Shown here: piece after piece, positions 60,644 to 64,000 of the stretch
Layout of the letters: every line of letters begins with the position of its first letter
How positions within the stretch are numbered: position 1 is the first letter of the stretch
NCBI GenBank assembly: GCA_026394495.1
Contig: JAPKYE010000009.1
Span: 262 to 64,261 of the forward strand
Source: Methanobacteriota archaeon
GTDB taxonomy: Archaea; Thermoplasmatota; E2; DHVEG-1
Direction of reading: 5' to 3'
Length of the DNA stretch: 64,000 nucleotides
Made by a program: the position numbers and the translations under genes
Notes under the pieces: generated by a model
Seen by the model: only the letters and a program-made list of their open reading frames with translations
The model's database searches: none
What the model was told of the DNA's origin: nothing

Positions 60644-61555
60644 CTATCGAGGATGCAACCCGGATTCCTTTACTAGCACAGGAGTGATCTCCTCCCAAAA
60701 TAGCGCTGTTATATGCACCCCATGTACACCTTTTACGACCTTCAGCTGTTTCATCGTATCAAGTGCGATATCATATCCTTCTTTTTTCTCATCACTCGCA
60801 TTGTTCATTCGCTGTTCAATTTCATCAGGAACATCAACACCAGGGACATGATATTTCATCCGCTCCGTCATCTTCTTTGATTTAAGCGGTGTCACCCCTG
60901 CAAGAATATGGGTTTTTTTATCAAGTCCCCTGGATCGGACATCATCCATCCACCCAAGGAAATGATCCACATTAAACACACTTTGCGTCTGGATGAAATC
61001 TGCTCCTGCAAGAATCTTTTTTTCCAGCCGATCTATGGTAAGTTCATACGGCTCCGAATACGGGTTTGCTGCAGCACCAATAAACATTATAGGTTTTCCT
61101 GCAGGAATCACTTCCCCGTTTTGAAACAACCCGTCATCACGCATCTGTTTTATGATCTGTATAAGCTGAATGGAATCAATATCATAGACTCCTTTTGCGC
61201 AAGGATGATTCCCAAATGATTGATGATCCCCGGTGAGACACAAGACATTCCGAATATCAAGGGCAGATGCTCCAAGGATCTCACTTTGTAATGCGATGCG
61301 ATTTTTATCACGGCACGTCATCTGCAGGATTGGCTCCATGTTCATCTGATGAAGAAGACAGCATCCGGCAAAACTTGACATACGCACTACCGCTGTCTGG
61401 TTATCTGTTACGTTAAACGCATCTGCGTATCCTCTGAGAAGAATAGCTTTGTTTTGTATCTTCTGTGGGTCTGCACCCTTCGGAGGACCGATTTCAGCGG
61501 TGACCGCAAATCGCCCGTCGTTAAGGATTTGTTCAAGGTTGCTGCGAGCGGTCAT
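60644..61555 (-). CDS. metF: methylenetetrahydrofolate reductase MetF-like (acetogen type)
   Basis: FAVTAEIGPPKG...FNVTDNQ...CLTGDH TIM-barrel MetF blocks. Confidence 0.8.
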   Translation of the reverse strand: MTARSNLEQILNDGRFAVTAEIGPPKGADPQKIQNKAILLRGYADAFNVTDNQTAVVRMSSFAGCCLLHQMNMEPILQMTCRDKNRIALQSEILGASALDIRNVLCLTGDHQSFGNHPCAKGVYDIDSIQLIQIIKQMRDDGLFQNGEVIPAGKPIMFIGAAANPYSEPYELTIDRLEKKILAGADFIQTQSVFNVDHFLGWMDDVRSRGLDKKTHILAGVTPLKSKKMTERMKYHVPGVDVPDEIEQRMNNASDEKKEGYDIALDTMKQLKVVKGVHGVHITALFWEEITPVLVKESGLHPR

Positions 61556-62195
61556 GATTAACTATCCTCCTTGTTTGGGTTGCTTTCTGCCAATCCTTGG
61601 GTTTTTGGATTGTTTTCAACTGTGCAAGTCGTCCTTTTGACTTCAGTTGTTTGTACACAAGATCCCATATGCATTCCAACTCTTCGTCAACTTCGCAGCA
61701 TCCGTTTTTTGCTCCACCGCAAGGGCCATTAAGCATGGATTTCGGACAGCGGGAAACTGGGCAAAGACCAGAATAATTATCAACCACACATTCCCCGCAT
61801 TGAATGCATCGTTTTTCAAACTCGTTGGTATGCTTGATTTCCCCTAAAAACAGTGTTTCAGTTCCCGTGATAACATCGGCATCCTGTGCAAGTTCCCGTA
61901 CTGTTTGTATTCCATTTCCACAGGCAAACACAATGATTTTTTTTGCTTGTAGAAGTTCGTCGTGATGTGTTTTTAATAGTCGTTTGTTGTTTTGCAGATG
62001 ACATGCAGGGTCAAGGACAATCCATCCTGTAACAATTATTTTTTTTTGTTCCAGGTTCATTTTCATCTGGATGATTTCTTCTTCGCCGCCGGTGTGGCAA
62101 AGGGTTGCGCATTCGCTGCATCCGATGAGAAAGGCAGGTCCTTTGTCAACCTGTTTCAGGATATCTTCAAATGATTTCTGCCTTGTTACAATCAT
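61533..62195 (-). CDS. metV: MetV-like cysteine-rich partner of MetF
   Basis: Cys clusters (CSECATLCH; CIQCGECVVDNYSGLCPVSRCPKSMLNGPCGG). Overlaps the metF start by 23 nt. Confidence 0.7.
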   Translation of the reverse strand: MIVTRQKSFEDILKQVDKGPAFLIGCSECATLCHTGGEEEIIQMKMNLEQKKIIVTGWIVLDPACHLQNNKRLLKTHHDELLQAKKIIVFACGNGIQTVRELAQDADVITGTETLFLGEIKHTNEFEKRCIQCGECVVDNYSGLCPVSRCPKSMLNGPCGGAKNGCCEVDEELECIWDLVYKQLKSKGRLAQLKTIQKPKDWQKATQTRRIVNHDRSQQP

Positions 62196-62245
62196 GTGAA
62201 CAAACGAAGAGAAAACCGGTTATTAAGATTTTGTATCGGGATGCG

Positions 62246-62743
62246 TTATTTCTTTTTTTTCTGTTGTTTATACACAACAGCGGCAAGGATGCATAGGGAA
62301 ACACACATAGCGACTGCTAGCACTAACGGGATGTTATTTGGTTCAATCGTCTGATTGGGTAGTTTTGCGATATATTCATTTAATAATTTTTCCAGGTTTT
62401 GTAGTTTTTCTTGTGTAATGTTTTCCTTTGGTATCTTTGTTTCATTGTTGATGATGGCAGATGGATAGCTCAGACCACGAGCCTGCATTTCTGTTTTATT
62501 TATTGAATATTCATCAGCTTTTACATCTACATTTTTTATATTGATGATGATTTTTCCTGAGTAATTTGTCTCATATCGCTGTTTTATGTCTTGCATGATT
62601 TCATGTGGTACTCTGCATGAACCGCAGGATTCTGAATAATAGAAATCAACGATTACCATTTCTTCAGTAGCAGTTCCCTGGACGATTAATAGAGTAAACA
62701 CCAAAAAAATGATTATACCTGATAAGAGATTATGTGTTTTCAT
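62246..62743 (-). CDS. thioredoxin-fold-like exported protein with C-terminal TM anchor
   Basis: Signal peptide, SCGSC CxxC motif, C-terminal hydrophobic helix plus KKKK. Confidence 0.4.
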   Translation of the reverse strand: MKTHNLLSGIIIFLVFTLLIVQGTATEEMVIVDFYYSESCGSCRVPHEIMQDIKQRYETNYSGKIIINIKNVDVKADEYSINKTEMQARGLSYPSAIINNETKIPKENITQEKLQNLEKLLNEYIAKLPNQTIEPNNIPLVLAVAMCVSLCILAAVVYKQQKKKK

Positions 62744-62749
62744 ATTGTT

Positions 62750-62998
62750 TCATCCCCCTGAGACTACAGGTGGCGCAATTGTAAGGTTGTCTCCTTCTTT
62801 AATTTTTTCATTAAGATTCGTAAACATATTATTTTTTGTTACAATCATGAATTGTTTATCTTTTTCAAATACTGGATATCGTTTGATGAATTCATCAACC
62901 GCATGCCAGAGTGTATCCCCTGAAAGTATATCAAATAAGAGTTCTTGTTTTCCGGTGATGTCTTTGTATCGTCCGATGAGTTTTATTGTGATCTTCAT
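62750..62998 (-). CDS. MoaD/ThiS-family ubiquitin-like sulfur carrier (SAMP-like)
   Basis: 82 aa ending in the diglycine VSGG. Confidence 0.65.
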   Translation of the reverse strand: MKITIKLIGRYKDITGKQELLFDILSGDTLWHAVDEFIKRYPVFEKDKQFMIVTKNNMFTNLNEKIKEGDNLTIAPPVVSGG

Positions 62999-63003
62999 AT
63001 TTT

Positions 63004-63753
63004 TTATTCCTCAAGAAATTCAAAGCTATGTTTTCCACAGCAAGAACAAGCAGGATTTTTTTGTATGTTCATTTGTTCAAAACATTGTTTCCATATGTCG
63101 TATATAATTAAACCAGATGGTTTCTCTCCAAGAAGTATTTTTATTGTTTCCATGCATTGAATTGATGCAACAATGCTTGGTAGTATGCTAAATGTTCCTT
63201 GATCACTATTGGATGATGAAGAAATATTTTGAGAGATGCAGCGTATACACGGTGTTTTCCCAGGGATTATCCCCATAGTCATTCCTATGGTTCCTGCGAC
63301 GCCACTGTACACCCAGGGGATGTTGTTTTTCACAGAGGCATCGTTTATAAGAAGTCGTGTCTTTATGTTGTCGGTTCCATCAAGGATAATGTCAGTTTTG
63401 TGAACAAGTTCTTCGATGTTGTTTTTATCTGCTTTTGTGTTGATCCCTTTGATTGTGATTTCGGAATTTATCATTGAAAGTTTTTCTTCGAGGATCATGC
63501 TTTTTGTTTTTCCGATGTCATCTTCGGTAAATAGAGATGTACGATGAAGGTTTGAAAGTTCTATGATGTCATCATCGATGATTTTTATGGTTCCTACGCC
63601 GGTGCGGGCGAGAAGGTTTGCGCTGTTGCTTCCAAGGCCGCCACCGCCTATAATAACAACTGTGCTTTGTTGGAGTTTCTGTTGTTTTTGTTCGCTGAAC
63701 TCTGGTACTAGTAGTTGTTTTTTGTATCGTTCTTTGTTGATTGTTTGTTTCAT
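63004..63753 (-). CDS. ThiF/MoeB-family E1-like adenylyltransferase
   Basis: VVIIGGGGLGSNSANLLARTGVG Rossmann motif, ELSNLHR, and C-terminal CxxC...CxxC zinc motif. Confidence 0.85.
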   Translation of the reverse strand: MKQTINKERYKKQLLVPEFSEQKQQKLQQSTVVIIGGGGLGSNSANLLARTGVGTIKIIDDDIIELSNLHRTSLFTEDDIGKTKSMILEEKLSMINSEITIKGINTKADKNNIEELVHKTDIILDGTDNIKTRLLINDASVKNNIPWVYSGVAGTIGMTMGIIPGKTPCIRCISQNISSSSNSDQGTFSILPSIVASIQCMETIKILLGEKPSGLIIYDIWKQCFEQMNIQKNPACSCCGKHSFEFLEE

Positions 63754-64000
63754 GGTGTTGCACCTTCTTGATTCTCTTGTTTTTTGGGTGAACTCATTAA
63801 TTCTTTTGCTGGGTTTCCAACATAGGTTTTTTGTGTTTCGAGAACTCGGTTTTTTGGGACAAGCGCCCCAGCTCCTACTACGGAATGATCATTCATTATC
63901 ACACCAGGCATGATGATCGCTCCTGCGCCAACTACGCAGTTGTTGCCGATGTTTACTTTTTGTACTGTGATGGTCTGTTTTTCATAGTTGTGGATATGTG
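63750..64000 (-). CDS. hexapeptide-repeat (LbH) acetyltransferase, C-terminal part (5' end beyond window)
   Basis: Minus-strand translation ...VNIGNNCVVGAGAIIMPGVIMNDHSVVGAGALVPKNRVL...VGNPAKEL. Its stop overlaps the thiF start (ATGA). Confidence 0.5.
   Translation of the reverse strand, partial: HIHNYEKQTITVQKVNIGNNCVVGAGAIIMPGVIMNDHSVVGAGALVPKNRVLETQKTYVGNPAKELMSSPKKQENQEGATP

Noticed and set aside
1-64000. Search for CRISPR arrays, IS elements/transposases and integrases
   Set aside because: No regularly spaced identical direct repeats with unique spacers were seen. No ORF carried DDE, tyrosine- or serine-recombinase motifs. The only repeats found are the degenerate 23-bp array and the single 17-bp direct-repeat pair.

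Overview
Low-GC (~38-40%) archaeal chromosomal window. Archaeal hallmarks include membrane LonB, archaellin, DNA primase PriL, deoxyhypusine synthase and archaeal NMNAT. It is densely coding on both strands, with no CRISPR array or IS element visible. Main content: (i) a translationally coupled mtrA-like/mtrH-like/core-MetE-like operon, which suggests corrinoid-dependent methionine synthesis. (ii) nikR beside larE-larB-larC (nickel-pincer cofactor synthesis). (iii) A surface-protein locus with SBBP beta-propeller repeats, interrupted by a G10 homopolymer frameshift, flanked by a perfect 17-bp direct repeat and followed by a degenerate ~23-bp tandem repeat array. (iv) An isoprenoid island: four UbiA-family prenyltransferases, a CrtI-family desaturase, a squalene/phytoene-synthase-like protein, and a 1063-aa surface protein lying between inverted UbiA paralogs. 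(v) A ~13 kb, single-strand heterodisulfide-reductase-like flavin electron-bifurcation supercluster: hdrC, hdrB, hdrA, an HdrL-like HdrA-GltD-HdrA megaprotein split over two overlapping frames, mvhD, an FrhB-like Fe-S protein, a tandem HdrC fusion and a tandem HdrA fusion. metF/metV lie 15 kb away. (vi) A small accessory patch next to tRNA-Met(CAT): PAS protein, pRiA4b-ORF3-like protein, Fic, YkgJ. (vii) Housekeeping genes: tmk, HAD hydrolase, TrpB2, FbaB-type aldolase, SDR dehydrogenase, an MMPL/RND exporter, and thiF/moaD. All functional calls come from motifs read directly in the translations, not from database searches.
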